Source: a virus. Taken from it: DNA of 64,000 nt. The DNA lies in IMG/VR virus record IMGVR_UViG_3300048446_000526, positions 23,413-87,412 of that record; one strand, 5' to 3'. Below the pieces are notes generated by a model that was not told where the DNA came from, made no database searches, and worked only from the letters and a program-made list of their open reading frames with translations. Numbering within the stretch: the stretch's first letter is position 1; each line of letters starts with the position of its first letter. Below are positions 9,601-17,629 of this stretch, in pieces. A program made the position numbers and the translations under genes.

Positions 9601-11284
9601 AACTAAACTTTCTGAAGAAGAGAGCAAACTACCTCAAAAAGAACAAGAAAAACTTATACAAGGCAGAAGAGATGCACTCATTGCTAAACTTGCTACCCAA
9701 AACGGCTTACTGGATGGTCAAGGTCAGCAGGCAATTTACAATAAAATCGCATTGGCATTATCTCCTCTAGCAGGCGACTATTATGAAAACATTAAGGGAG
9801 TAAATTTTTATACTGATAAGTACACTCCAGAGCAAATTTGGACTGCTAGTAATCAGAACGGTCAGTTTGGTCTTGGTCTAACATCAATGATAGGGGCTAT
9901 GGGTGTAGACAATGCAAAGGAACTATATCCTCAACTTGCTGGTGCTAAAAAAGGTATGGATTTTGCTGAACTCAAAGGAAATTACCAAAAGAGAATTCAA
10001 AACCTGTATAAGGTTCGTGGAGATGATCCTTTTGAAGAACAAGACTTACAAAGACAAAGAAGCAAAGATAAAGCCCAAGCAGATGCTTATGCCAAACAAG
10101 AACGACAAAGACTCAAGAAGGTTGAAAACTATGCTAGACTTAATCTTGTAGGTCAAACTTTTCCTGAAGACCCTCTTGAGTATGTAGACTTTAGACAAAA
10201 ACAAACAGATGCTTTCTCAAGGTCTGTAGAAGGTTTTGGTCCAACTTATCCTGTGCCTTCTGATCTTATAGCATTCAAAAACGGTGGTGTGTCTGAAAGA
10301 TGGGTAAGAAAATTATTCACTCTTAAAGATCAAGCATCTAATTTTGAACTTAGTCAAAAAACAGCAGAAGCACTACTCAGATACAAGGCTCAGTTCGGTG
10401 AAGGCACTGACGCAGAACAATGGCTCTCTAAGGTTTACCAACTTGATGGCAAAATTGATATTGATGATATATATGCAAGTACTCCGGGTGAAGGTGGTGC
10501 AGCAAGTGCAGCCTCAGATTTATCCAATATTCAAACTAAGATAAGTGATGTAGAGAAGGTAGTAGCAAGCATAAAAGGTAAAGCAAATTCTAAAAACGCT
10601 GTAGCAAGAAGAAAACTAGAAAATTCTATGGTAGACTTGAAGGTTGCTGGGCTGTGGAATCCTGCTCAGGGCGTAGACCAAAACGCACAGAGCCTTATGA
10701 GTCTGAGTCAGGGACAATTTGCAGCAGACCCACTTTTAGATAAACTCAAAGAATATGGCGATATCAACCTTTCTGATAAATTCCGTAATGCTAAGGCTAT
10801 AGGCCTAGCAACAGGAGGGATGGTTCCAACAAGCGTATTTACTCCTAGAGGCACAGATACCGTACCTGCTATGCTCACACCGGGAGAGTACGTTGTAAAT
10901 AAGAAGGCCGCAGCAGAAAATAGACCTTTACTAGAGTCTATTAACGGTAAAAGAAAGTCCAGAAACCCCAGAAGTTCATACTATCAGGACGGTGGTAATG
11001 TGAGCAATAATGGTGTAAATAATGTTGTCGCAATAGATGTGCAGGAAATCAGCAAGTTTGTTACCTCATTTGACAGATTTAGTAAAGAATTAGCCAATTT
11101 GAATATTCCTTCGGAAATTACTCTACAAGGAACACACACAGTTGATGTTAATGTAAACGGGGCTCAAGTCTTGAACGACTTACTTAACGGCCCGATTGGT
11201 GAAATGGTAGCCAGCGAAGTAGAATTGGCGTTCCAAAGACAAAGCAACGAATCAGAAGGGGCAGTACCAAATCCATTTAGTTAA
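680..11284 (+). CDS. Tail tape-measure protein (TP901-type N-terminal core), 3534 aa, with inserted domains
   Basis: AGGAGA RBS. Ala/Gln-rich helical N-terminus with TP901-like core motifs (FERALAKVQQVTG, LSQAGLS, ESAETIGTGLKTIITRL). Four DT(V/I)PAMLTPGE(F/Y)V motifs typical of TMP C-termini. Lies upstream of tail genes. Confidence 0.9.
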   Translation: MASFDITAQINLRGPTNVKKIAADIRRQLSTVTTGSVKLNIDPKTNQQVNQLNKSFQQFNNTLKQTNTTAKQAAASLNQLGSAVNTVNTNARATTNALNQVQTANQKVATSTKQVAQNAQAAATGFDKLGKNIGRRITDFLAFRAVSTVIGGLSSAISQAAGNFIDFERALAKVQQVTGGTNASIQVLSNTINNAAVATGSAAKELAEVTVTLSQAGLSADDTATALEALAQTKLAPTFGDIKDTAEGAIAILRQFGLEADQLGDALGSINAVAGQFAVSSSDVIVAVKQAGAVFASSSRGVVDAETALQQFIATFTSVRQTTRESAETIGTGLKTIITRLQRLDTIESLKNFGIELTDLEGKFVGPFEAIKRLNEGLKNLDTRDIRFGAIIEELGGFRQVGKVIPLIQQFAVAQEALKVAQEGQGSISDQAVIAQKTLGFEVAQTAAQFQKLITTIGNSSAIQGTVRVVLELAQALLSVADALSDILPLLLAVGTNAAIASIASVGKGIGKSFGFNQGGVVPKGYASGGYVPGSGNRDTVPAMLTPGEFVIRKKAVQAIGVDKLGAMNQGGASTVTQAKHMGGRIQKFATGGQVAVDYVQSKPDAATEKQLIGNNIINSINNLANFFSPEAKNVSERADPKNVVPNYSGMVGGIFEKAVELVAGVTVPKSKNNQVWDYPAGLGDTELFNYVPSLNRPTDAKNSVNSNAVIDKKLQAHYNNAKGSEKLRTKFGIVVFDEGVDYDYTFDPSYFKERALDKDSVKKARGGLIQNFVDGGEAIPIAKSGRIKKKDLADATTPQLEQLLKNPAVISNPSTTQAINSELAKRGKEAKAEKLGVVGILPINYAKDLAPADYGGTFAKIYARGLPQKYEETVLNISKGLRGVVDEAARGLGEDNPQALSPEQEKATGLENVQGTVFEAVLSALGARGGSVQNQAIDYQNGLGPAARIFPGIGPDWPTEVKRDVTGAGMSRAKGEFARYFKENAQNKSIGGAIQRFATGGRVNDKAGLKIKTTGGSTITSTFEEGQTSSGEVVAQNIGKNLFSVVAAQASGGGGRALYDAAMKQATRQGGSLVSDRSRVSSSALNRIWNTYYGTGKSKTGQRVGRQPVPEDMLYTGAFFKDSDFPSPDPSTWQGKAVSLQYAYQQFADGGAASGGDTVPAMLTPGEYVINKKAAKQIGLPKLNQMNYADRIKGYATGGPVGPVQYFNNGGSPASGSAPASNPWVTAAKINLTAAKLNQKNATTNSKTAATNGQAANTTSNSVNNIPKEMGIGARLAFGLIGPLIEQAIVKIAPNSAIAAGAGEGISQGIVASSTSKELLGGLSGAAKLAAGRFGKFGKLLVTSGKFLEKWTGTITTGIGLFAGFNGFLSGQLNKSIELLALRTTEAGKAAEEAFAGLPGVIAKIGTNAEDYNAILSDGGAKLADMITAAEAQRQKSQQKNQGGYFGAAFRGLGLESEEGREIREAQGRDIDREAFRAAGDLATKQLLAIVSSGDSVEEAFGGNKVALDSFKRAIALTDLAYQKEERRLQDLINKAGAQSAAGQAYTEELRKAREDAFKKRAADVDAAIASQKLKKEIEEQRKALNLATVAIANYTIAYNKGADQAAFAFKKLAKSADRMAEGLSGTDPSQLFADNINVIQNPELFNQTDNTLALEPLKNILGGNRDAIQAFTTLPAEIAGALQRAVNQNPENNAQGAAIIQGEIDQVLADKFGSNSLFARTLSNSIKGLIAEAQGNQDGEFNAAALIKGTTEIIEKFGEDVKKGLVKSLETIQEAFGKLAQSSARLFQAQNNYANAVRNSVTSQLKLNQEIKEALSEVRQPRSISSINDTSGVSQQQVSNAGDYFQQLAIIQQEQTRLNVEQVRLTQEGIDKDGENATEIATAIGANEAALANLNANTKNLQAALQDKLGQLQSELGSRLADLKAEQAAAESIFESLLKDEGDTNQGISRALQVASGQGVGNLTGDEAIRVLKDIKQLQAAGIIENNKETRENVVGVLGESRGLGNFTGLGQEIIDKIINAPGEDDQVKAYVAEIQRTNIAINQLTSALAFTEFSNASKALNISQDALRVSITTLNDTIKSEIGKIKANGGQDVEGITNEPETKAKGGLIYRSSGGGTQKGVNWQPRGTDTIPAMLTPGEFVVNAKATSQNRGLLESINRSSGGPVSPARKSTGGILYRNAGGGTDSSSTESVGSILDGLNAKQILNLLKEADFMKEGGALNSIRDWTSNTASAVKSAITKRASGVYGGFKNFGKIKIPTWMDDAVKNGLLSEDVVAGLADKPYAVTKFLRGKIDSLTAGPVAQRIGQFTGGAYKFASNKLGLLAQSKWIKNILGPAKSVLKYIPKLGSFLGNSPASSLASKGLAWAGLVEHMISGAYAGVNRSQDLQDSGVSPLSFQGIMSPLAEFLAGGTADGALPPNATKEQKAAWMEGTKNGKIPRYNSASFQAWGTASLSNLLRMVGGMGTGFTLAAQYAPAAMPYSGMIGAAVGGGIVVAGQTFRTLEEIAGLWGDQPDLAQTRRQEQQNEDSKQSFVGDTKDQLPVLGDLQYNRAVFAGQKRGKLKKYENDKARWKEVEKQGAAVKVNDVDAWAYVKSKYEAGLQSHKFDVEDGKFLRNLIPVKQQGYLWDQYSDEDIQKAYTAVMLASEEKWKDLPLITSLNPNKNINLTYGDNIKNLRAVAESTQTRLFGDGEDRPADENYFEGDDKLRSIMAQKGELYNANASWLETYVGSETNQDKSEMDFLDYESSNFTKISEYNKAIKARRAELIQEEKDRRIAEAETKKAAEDKQNEEVRKFGGLQQNLQSLTSAENPDFEFMPQAPFIKPKSRLILQRQKDSLAMRQKLAETPVFYPDENDNLVQGPPMGEYLDWKTGAFTDKPELIKTKSEYDFWSGIGNAIVEYRKNYRVGGDLYDVLPTVHPSQAILKDIAGGTQSEQIAFRNFMNPKATDAKTSTAGAFQELFTDYPTEFANITKLSEEESKLPQKEQEKLIQGRRDALIAKLATQNGLLDGQGQQAIYNKIALALSPLAGDYYENIKGVNFYTDKYTPEQIWTASNQNGQFGLGLTSMIGAMGVDNAKELYPQLAGAKKGMDFAELKGNYQKRIQNLYKVRGDDPFEEQDLQRQRSKDKAQADAYAKQERQRLKKVENYARLNLVGQTFPEDPLEYVDFRQKQTDAFSRSVEGFGPTYPVPSDLIAFKNGGVSERWVRKLFTLKDQASNFELSQKTAEALLRYKAQFGEGTDAEQWLSKVYQLDGKIDIDDIYASTPGEGGAASAASDLSNIQTKISDVEKVVASIKGKANSKNAVARRKLENSMVDLKVAGLWNPAQGVDQNAQSLMSLSQGQFAADPLLDKLKEYGDINLSDKFRNAKAIGLATGGMVPTSVFTPRGTDTVPAMLTPGEYVVNKKAAAENRPLLESINGKRKSRNPRSSYYQDGGNVSNNGVNNVVAIDVQEISKFVTSFDRFSKELANLNIPSEITLQGTHTVDVNVNGAQVLNDLLNGPIGEMVASEVELAFQRQSNESEGAVPNPFS
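2225..10996 (+). repeat. Protein-level repeats in the TMP: four DT(V/I)PAMLTPGE(F/Y)V motifs and about 20 xxxGG motifs
   Basis: DTxPAMLTPGE at 2294, 4151, 7073 and 10856. GG motifs include FNQGG 2225, YASGG 2255, KHMGG 2417, FATGG 2444, KARGG 2969, FVDGG 2996, KSIGG 3644, FATGG 3671, FADGG 4121, YATGG 4265, FNNGG 4301, KAKGG 6995, RSSGG 7019, LATGG 10805 and YQDGG 10982. Confidence 0.9.
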
Positions 11285-11301
11285 ACACAGGAGCCTTAGA
11301 C

Positions 11302-14300
11302 ATGGCAGACGAATTTACAACAGGTAATTTATTTTTAGGTTCTGGTACTAATGTATCAGAAACAGAATTTGATATAAGGCTTTCTACTGATGAAGGTCTT
11401 TCTACTTTATTTAATGCTAGTGGAGTAGATACTGATTTCCGTGTAAATGCTTCAGGGAAGGTGGGTCTGCACGTAGACGCAGACACAGGGCGTGTTGGTA
11501 TAGGCACCGGCAACAATATAGGAGCAGCATTGCATGTAGTTAGCACTTGTGCGAGTGATGGGCTTAGAGTAGAGACCAGAACAGACTGTCCTACTGGAGT
11601 AGAGATTGAATTTATTCACAAACCCCAGACACCTCCAGTAAATGGTTCACTTCCTGTACAAATTAATCTTGCTGGCAGAAATCAAAACAGTTCTGACGTA
11701 AATTATGCTAGGATTAAAAGTAGAGCACTCTCTACTGCTACAAGTCAGGAAACAGGCGAATTAGTTTTCACTGTGATTAAAGACGGTGTTGATGTAGATG
11801 CACTTGTAATCAATCCATTGACAACTTCTATCGGATCAGAAAACTCACAATCAGGAGATAATTACCTATTCATTGGTAGCAATAACTTAGTTTCTGGTAA
11901 TAGTTTTATTATCTTTGGTTCTAATAATACAGGCTTAATAAACAACGGTATACTTTTAGGTGCCGATAACCACATTCATGGAGACAGACTGCTAATTGTT
12001 GCAGATAACTCTGTTGTTTCTGGAGACCAGAATATTGTATTTGCTTTAGATAGTGAAATTTATGGTGACTCTAACCTTGTTATTGCAGAAAATGTATTCA
12101 CTGACGGCGATCAAAACATTGTCTTTGGACACAATACAAATAGCACTGGTGATTTTAATATCTTGCTTTTAAATGACTCAGATAATATAGGCAGTAGCGG
12201 AGTAGGTTTTGGTAACCAATCTTTAAATGTTGGTAACAACAATGTCTTTGTCGGTAACTTTAATACTGTGGATGGTGATAATGACCTTATTATTGGTTCA
12301 GAAGTAGAGGTTACTGGTGACAACAATATTCTTTACGGTTCTGAATCTAGTGTCAGTGGTAGCAACATTATTTCTATAGGTGCTGGAAACGATGTACTTA
12401 ATATCGCAAGCGGTGTGTTTATAGGTTCAGATATTGACTTGAGAAACAGCGAAAAGTCAGTTGTAATCGGTTTGGCGAATGCAACAACTGGTAGTTTAAC
12501 ATCTAGTGTTATACTGGGCTTAGAAAATGATACTACCAACGGTAGACCAACAGGGGTAATTATTATTGGACAACAGAATACTGTTTCCACTATAGCCAAC
12601 ACAACAATAATCGGTAATCAAAATGAAGCCAGTGGTTTGGTCCTGAACAACTTAATATATGGGACTCTTAACTCTGCACCAACAGATAGTCGTAATAATG
12701 TAGTTGTAGGTGTTATGAATAATACCACAGGCAACATATTGTCCGCTGGTACTTTACAGCCTAGCGGTCGTAAAGATGGTACTATGGCAAATACTGTAGT
12801 ATACGGTATTAACAACATAGTTTCTGATGTTAGCGGAAGTAATGTTCTAGGTAGCAAAACTTATGCAGAGGGTCAAAGCATCAATGTTTTGGGTTCTCTT
12901 AATCAACTCAAAGGCTCTAATGATACTCAGATATTAGGACATTCTAATTTTAGTGTGGGCAACCACAATACTATTATTGGTAGCCATAATGATATTATGG
13001 GTTCTCATTCTATACTACATGCCGCATCTGATGATCGTAACCAATTATTTGGTAGCGGTAACATATCTATTGGTAATAGTGAGGCCGTAGTTAGCGGTAT
13101 GACTATTGGTTTTCAAAACGCAATGAATGCACCTTTCGGTATTGTTTATGGTAGCGGAAACCAAATAGGTCTGAGAAGACATTTGTTTACCGTAGACAAC
13201 AACGGCAGTACTACACTGAGAGTTAATGGAGATCAAACAAACGTATATGAACCTAGTATGGTAATCTTGCTTGCTATGGTCAATCCTACTTCATCAGGTG
13301 ATAATACCAATATTAAATCTATTCAAACAGTAACCTATAACAACGGAGGAGGCGTAAATGACTATACTGATATAGTTATAGATTCAGCACCTTTGTTGCC
13401 TTCTACTACAGTCAACTATCAAGTCAACGAATTTTTTGATGAAGAAACCTATCAATTAGGTGATAACAGTGTTATTAGTGGATGGATCATGCCTTATCAG
13501 TCAGGACAAAACACTGAGATAGACACCATTAATTTTCCAAGATATGGTTACTCATCAATTATACTAGGTAACAATAACAAATCCCTACATGCCAGCGGTT
13601 TGATATTTGGTCAAGAAAATAACGTGTCTGGTAGCAGGCACGTTGTAATTGGGAATAATATTTCTGGTTTTTATAATAACGCAGTACAAATTGGTACTAA
13701 CAACACTAACAAAATGTATCTAGATGATGATTCAGTAATTTTTAATACTGGTGCTAGTCAAAATGACATTATTTTTAATAGCAGCACAGAAGGTGTTACG
13801 GCTTACTTTGATCTTGACGAAAACAGAGTAGGGATCAACAACGCTGACCCACAAACTACGCTTGATGTTTCTGGCGTGATTACTGCGGGTGGTATTAAAT
13901 TACTTGGAGATTTTTCAGAAAATAGTGGCTGGATACCAATTAATACAGGAGACGGCACTGTACAGTGGCAGAGACCAACTACTCTATCAGGCATAAACAG
14001 CGGTATATGCATGAAGGTTAGTGACTATGTTTCTAGCGGATTAGAAACATTTAACTACAACACATCTAGTCAGACTATATTCTTTGATCGTAGCAATATC
14101 CGTAGAGATGATAGATATGTTTACGATAAAGATGCCGGAGATTCATTAGAAACCGCTATAATGATCGACACAACCGGGATGTTTTTGAATATTGATCCTA
14201 ATGGAAGAGACAATGGATACAACTTTACTGTTTATGGATCGGGAAGCAATGCTCCTTTAAACAACAGAGATGGTACTGATAACGTATATTTAATTAAAAC

Positions 14301-15912
14301 AGATGTGCCTAGAGCAGAAGTACAGTTTACAAATTTGACAGGACTTAGTGGTGCATTTAATGAGTTTATAATTAATGACGCACTTAAAGTTCCTCCTAAT
14401 CTTACAGGAACATTCTTGTACTGTGATTCTAATAATGATAATTTGTTACGGTCAAAAGTCACACCTAATTTCAGTATTTTGTTCACTAGAAACGACAGTT
14501 GGCAAACAGGAGAGGCGAGTTTAAGATATTTTTATAATGATCAAGTATTTACTATTGGTGGAGACGGTGAGACCAATGCAGCATTGGATGTAGGTTATGA
14601 ATCGAATGAACCTAATAGTAATATCGTTTTAGCCCATACTCAAGACCAAAGAACAATATTTAATAATCGTAGTTATGGCACAGAGTTTGTCATTAAAGAA
14701 TCTGGTGCTTCTAATGGTAATTTCAACGGTTTTCACTACAATACAGAAAGTGGCGTATTAGGCCTTAATGTTAATGATGCAACAGATGTCGTTAAAGAAG
14801 GAACTGCTAATAGTCCTACTCCTTGGTATGACAGAACTAGCAGTCAAGAAACTATGGTAATGTATGCCAATGGTAAGATTCGTGTAGAAGGTCTGCAAAT
14901 GGGTGCTGGTGGTGGAACTTTTAATGCGTCTATAAAAGACCAGTTTCTTACAGTGGTTGACGACTACGGCAATATCGGTTTTGCTACTCCTTCAGTAGAT
15001 CAAAGTTTTGATGTTAGATTTCCTTTGGCTATTAATGGTCAGACATCTCAAGACGTTACCATGTATGAAATATCTGAAGATGATGAAGATGGAAACAGCC
15101 TAACAACAAATCAAAGAGGCATGGCTTTAATATGGGAAGGTACTCGTTGGGTTCAAGGTGCTAGCAACGTAGGCTATTGCACCAGACTTGGTATTCCAAG
15201 TGCCTCCACTCCAGACAATTATTATACTTCAGAAGGTAGTAGTTTTGGACCTTATGCAACACTTCCTTCAGGTCAGCAGAACTCATTTGTGATTGCTGGT
15301 CAACCAATCGTTGAAGAAACAGCCCGTAGAGCAAATCCGGGTCATTCAAGAAGTATGCAACAAGAAACCACTATACTAAAAGCCATAACAACAGGAACTA
15401 ATACTGAAGAATTAACTACAAGTTTCACAAAGGGCAGCACTGGCAACGGTGCTACTGGCACTAATACGATTTCTCTTATTGTAAACCCAGAAATTCCCAA
15501 CGATATATATCAGCAAGTTGTATGGAAAGTTGAAATTGACTATGTTGTAATGACACAACAAGACGGTGGAAGCGACAGTAACCTTACCAATCTTGCTGCA
15601 ACCGTTGGCAAGTACACGGCTGGCTTAAAAATATTTAGTGATGCTCAAGGTCAACGTCAAGCAGGTGCTCTCTTTGGAGGTGTGTTTGATAGTGTTCATG
15701 ATGGAGGAGGACCGGGGAACATATTTGGAGGGCTTGATGCACAAAATGGCCCGATTACTGTTTCAATAGATTCTACTAGTACTCCGTATCGTTTATCGCT
15801 CAAGACTGTTGGACCGGGAGGTGGTTACACCTCTATTTATGAAGCAGTAGTTAAACTTACACAAATGCAAGTGCCTTGGAAGATGCCTTTCACAGGGTCC
15901 GATCCAAACTAG
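11302..15912 (+). CDS. Tail fibre/adhesin-like protein with beta-roll (YadA-head-like) repeats
   Basis: AGGAG RBS. RVGIGT/RVGIN motifs typical of phage fibres. Long run of ~14-aa NxxIGxxN repeats (~11830-13170 and ~13545-13710). Follows the TMP. Confidence 0.75.
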   Translation: MADEFTTGNLFLGSGTNVSETEFDIRLSTDEGLSTLFNASGVDTDFRVNASGKVGLHVDADTGRVGIGTGNNIGAALHVVSTCASDGLRVETRTDCPTGVEIEFIHKPQTPPVNGSLPVQINLAGRNQNSSDVNYARIKSRALSTATSQETGELVFTVIKDGVDVDALVINPLTTSIGSENSQSGDNYLFIGSNNLVSGNSFIIFGSNNTGLINNGILLGADNHIHGDRLLIVADNSVVSGDQNIVFALDSEIYGDSNLVIAENVFTDGDQNIVFGHNTNSTGDFNILLLNDSDNIGSSGVGFGNQSLNVGNNNVFVGNFNTVDGDNDLIIGSEVEVTGDNNILYGSESSVSGSNIISIGAGNDVLNIASGVFIGSDIDLRNSEKSVVIGLANATTGSLTSSVILGLENDTTNGRPTGVIIIGQQNTVSTIANTTIIGNQNEASGLVLNNLIYGTLNSAPTDSRNNVVVGVMNNTTGNILSAGTLQPSGRKDGTMANTVVYGINNIVSDVSGSNVLGSKTYAEGQSINVLGSLNQLKGSNDTQILGHSNFSVGNHNTIIGSHNDIMGSHSILHAASDDRNQLFGSGNISIGNSEAVVSGMTIGFQNAMNAPFGIVYGSGNQIGLRRHLFTVDNNGSTTLRVNGDQTNVYEPSMVILLAMVNPTSSGDNTNIKSIQTVTYNNGGGVNDYTDIVIDSAPLLPSTTVNYQVNEFFDEETYQLGDNSVISGWIMPYQSGQNTEIDTINFPRYGYSSIILGNNNKSLHASGLIFGQENNVSGSRHVVIGNNISGFYNNAVQIGTNNTNKMYLDDDSVIFNTGASQNDIIFNSSTEGVTAYFDLDENRVGINNADPQTTLDVSGVITAGGIKLLGDFSENSGWIPINTGDGTVQWQRPTTLSGINSGICMKVSDYVSSGLETFNYNTSSQTIFFDRSNIRRDDRYVYDKDAGDSLETAIMIDTTGMFLNIDPNGRDNGYNFTVYGSGSNAPLNNRDGTDNVYLIKTDVPRAEVQFTNLTGLSGAFNEFIINDALKVPPNLTGTFLYCDSNNDNLLRSKVTPNFSILFTRNDSWQTGEASLRYFYNDQVFTIGGDGETNAALDVGYESNEPNSNIVLAHTQDQRTIFNNRSYGTEFVIKESGASNGNFNGFHYNTESGVLGLNVNDATDVVKEGTANSPTPWYDRTSSQETMVMYANGKIRVEGLQMGAGGGTFNASIKDQFLTVVDDYGNIGFATPSVDQSFDVRFPLAINGQTSQDVTMYEISEDDEDGNSLTTNQRGMALIWEGTRWVQGASNVGYCTRLGIPSASTPDNYYTSEGSSFGPYATLPSGQQNSFVIAGQPIVEETARRANPGHSRSMQQETTILKAITTGTNTEELTTSFTKGSTGNGATGTNTISLIVNPEIPNDIYQQVVWKVEIDYVVMTQQDGGSDSNLTNLAATVGKYTAGLKIFSDAQGQRQAGALFGGVFDSVHDGGGPGNIFGGLDAQNGPITVSIDSTSTPYRLSLKTVGPGGGYTSIYEAVVKLTQMQVPWKMPFTGSDPN

Positions 15913-15933
15913 GAAATATTATAGGAGATATAG

Positions 15934-17613
15934 ATGCCACCAAACAGAAATGGCCCTAATATACAATATGGAAATTTTTGGTTTGATCCGATCAGTGGAT
16001 TTCCAGTTCCACAGGTAAGTATCAGTCAAAATGTAAACAGAAGCAGTGCCGGTGTGGTGATTGGCTACGAGTCATCAGTTACACTAGAAGGTATTATTTA
16101 TGGATTTACAGGCTATAACAATGACTGTCAAAGTCCTAGTCAGTTAGATCAAGATACCGGCTTTGCATTTCTTATGGAGCAGGTTGAAACTCTTAGCAAA
16201 GTTTTTTCAAGCGATTTTAAAGCACTAGAGATTACTTGTTCGACAGATGAAGGAGACCAAGTATTACTAAGTGCTGATGGTACGGGCAATGTAACAAAAG
16301 TAAATAGTATAAACTTTAATCAGTCTCAAGACTTATGGGCGATTACTGTGCCTTACAGTATTGAAATAGGTGTAATTACGAGTTCTGGTATTGCTGGTGG
16401 TGGAGAAGGCTATCCTAGCGGTGGCAACAGGCCGTATTTTATTAGCAATTACACAGATAATATACAGATCAATGTAGACACAAGTAAGAGTTACTATCTT
16501 GCAGACGGCAACAATCCGATTAAACAACCATTTCCTAATCCTTTTGATTCGAGTACATCATTCGATGGTGGAAGCAGAATGGTTCCATTTGAATCATCTA
16601 CCGGATACCCTGTCTACACTGTAACAAGAACCATTGGTGCTGTAGGCATAGCGACTTCAGGACTTAATCAAGTAGAGAATGCAAAAGATTGGGTAGCCAA
16701 TCAGTTACTCGTTTATCCCATTGGAACATTAACACAAGACCTAGACCTGTATAATAGAGAAAGAAATATTTCTTCTGATGAAGCAGGAGGCTCTTATCAG
16801 GTTACTGAAACTTATTTAGCAACTAGAGCAGGCACACAAAACGGTTACTTAGAAACTTTTGAAGTTAGTCAAGATATTAGCACTAACGGAAATAGAACGG
16901 TCACAATAGCAGGACAGATACAAGGATTAGAGTGTGGCAATATAGGGATTGAACCTCCAGTAGGTACTTATACTGGTGTTGTTTTTCCGACACACACGGG
17001 AACTTCTCCTGATTGCACAAAATACGATAATGCTCTTAGTGGCTACCTGATTGAGCAGAGCAACTTTTTTCAGCGTTGCATTAATACAATGCCTTACTAT
17101 CAGCCTGTAGAGGACACATCGAAGTTTTTTACAAGTCCTAATTTTTTAAATCCTAATCCTACTAATAAAAGAGACGGTTTTAATCCAGCAAATGGTACAG
17201 TCAGTTACACTTGGTCCTATGATAATAGACCCGGATCGCTTATTGATGGTGCTCAAGGCGAAAGATTAGATATTAACGATAATTATGCGGTACGTTCTGT
17301 TGCAAATGTGTATGTAATAGGTAGGAGATTAGGACCAGTAACACAGGATTTGGGTACTTATACAAAGCCTACTAGAAGAGTAACTTATTCAGCAAGGTTT
17401 CCTAGACCGAGTGGATTTGAAGGCTATAATTTTGATGTATTGGTAACAAATGATATTGTGAACCTTGTGGCTTTATATGATCCTGCAAGAGTTAACCCCA
17501 CTCCAACTAGTGGGCCAGTAGTCAGTAATATAAGATCGGACAATTATTCATTCAACCCTATTGATGCAAGCGTAAGTTATACGGTGGAATGGGAATATAC
17601 AAAATGTAATTAA
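15934..17613 (+). CDS. Putative tail structural protein (distal tail/hub-like)
   Basis: AGGAGA RBS. Beta-strand-rich with repeated VT(L/I)xGxIxG and YxVTETY / SYTWxY-type motifs. Located in the tail module. Confidence 0.55.
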   Translation: MPPNRNGPNIQYGNFWFDPISGFPVPQVSISQNVNRSSAGVVIGYESSVTLEGIIYGFTGYNNDCQSPSQLDQDTGFAFLMEQVETLSKVFSSDFKALEITCSTDEGDQVLLSADGTGNVTKVNSINFNQSQDLWAITVPYSIEIGVITSSGIAGGGEGYPSGGNRPYFISNYTDNIQINVDTSKSYYLADGNNPIKQPFPNPFDSSTSFDGGSRMVPFESSTGYPVYTVTRTIGAVGIATSGLNQVENAKDWVANQLLVYPIGTLTQDLDLYNRERNISSDEAGGSYQVTETYLATRAGTQNGYLETFEVSQDISTNGNRTVTIAGQIQGLECGNIGIEPPVGTYTGVVFPTHTGTSPDCTKYDNALSGYLIEQSNFFQRCINTMPYYQPVEDTSKFFTSPNFLNPNPTNKRDGFNPANGTVSYTWSYDNRPGSLIDGAQGERLDINDNYAVRSVANVYVIGRRLGPVTQDLGTYTKPTRRVTYSARFPRPSGFEGYNFDVLVTNDIVNLVALYDPARVNPTPTSGPVVSNIRSDNYSFNPIDASVSYTVEWEYTKCN

Positions 17614-17629
17614 GGAAAGGAATTAAAGG

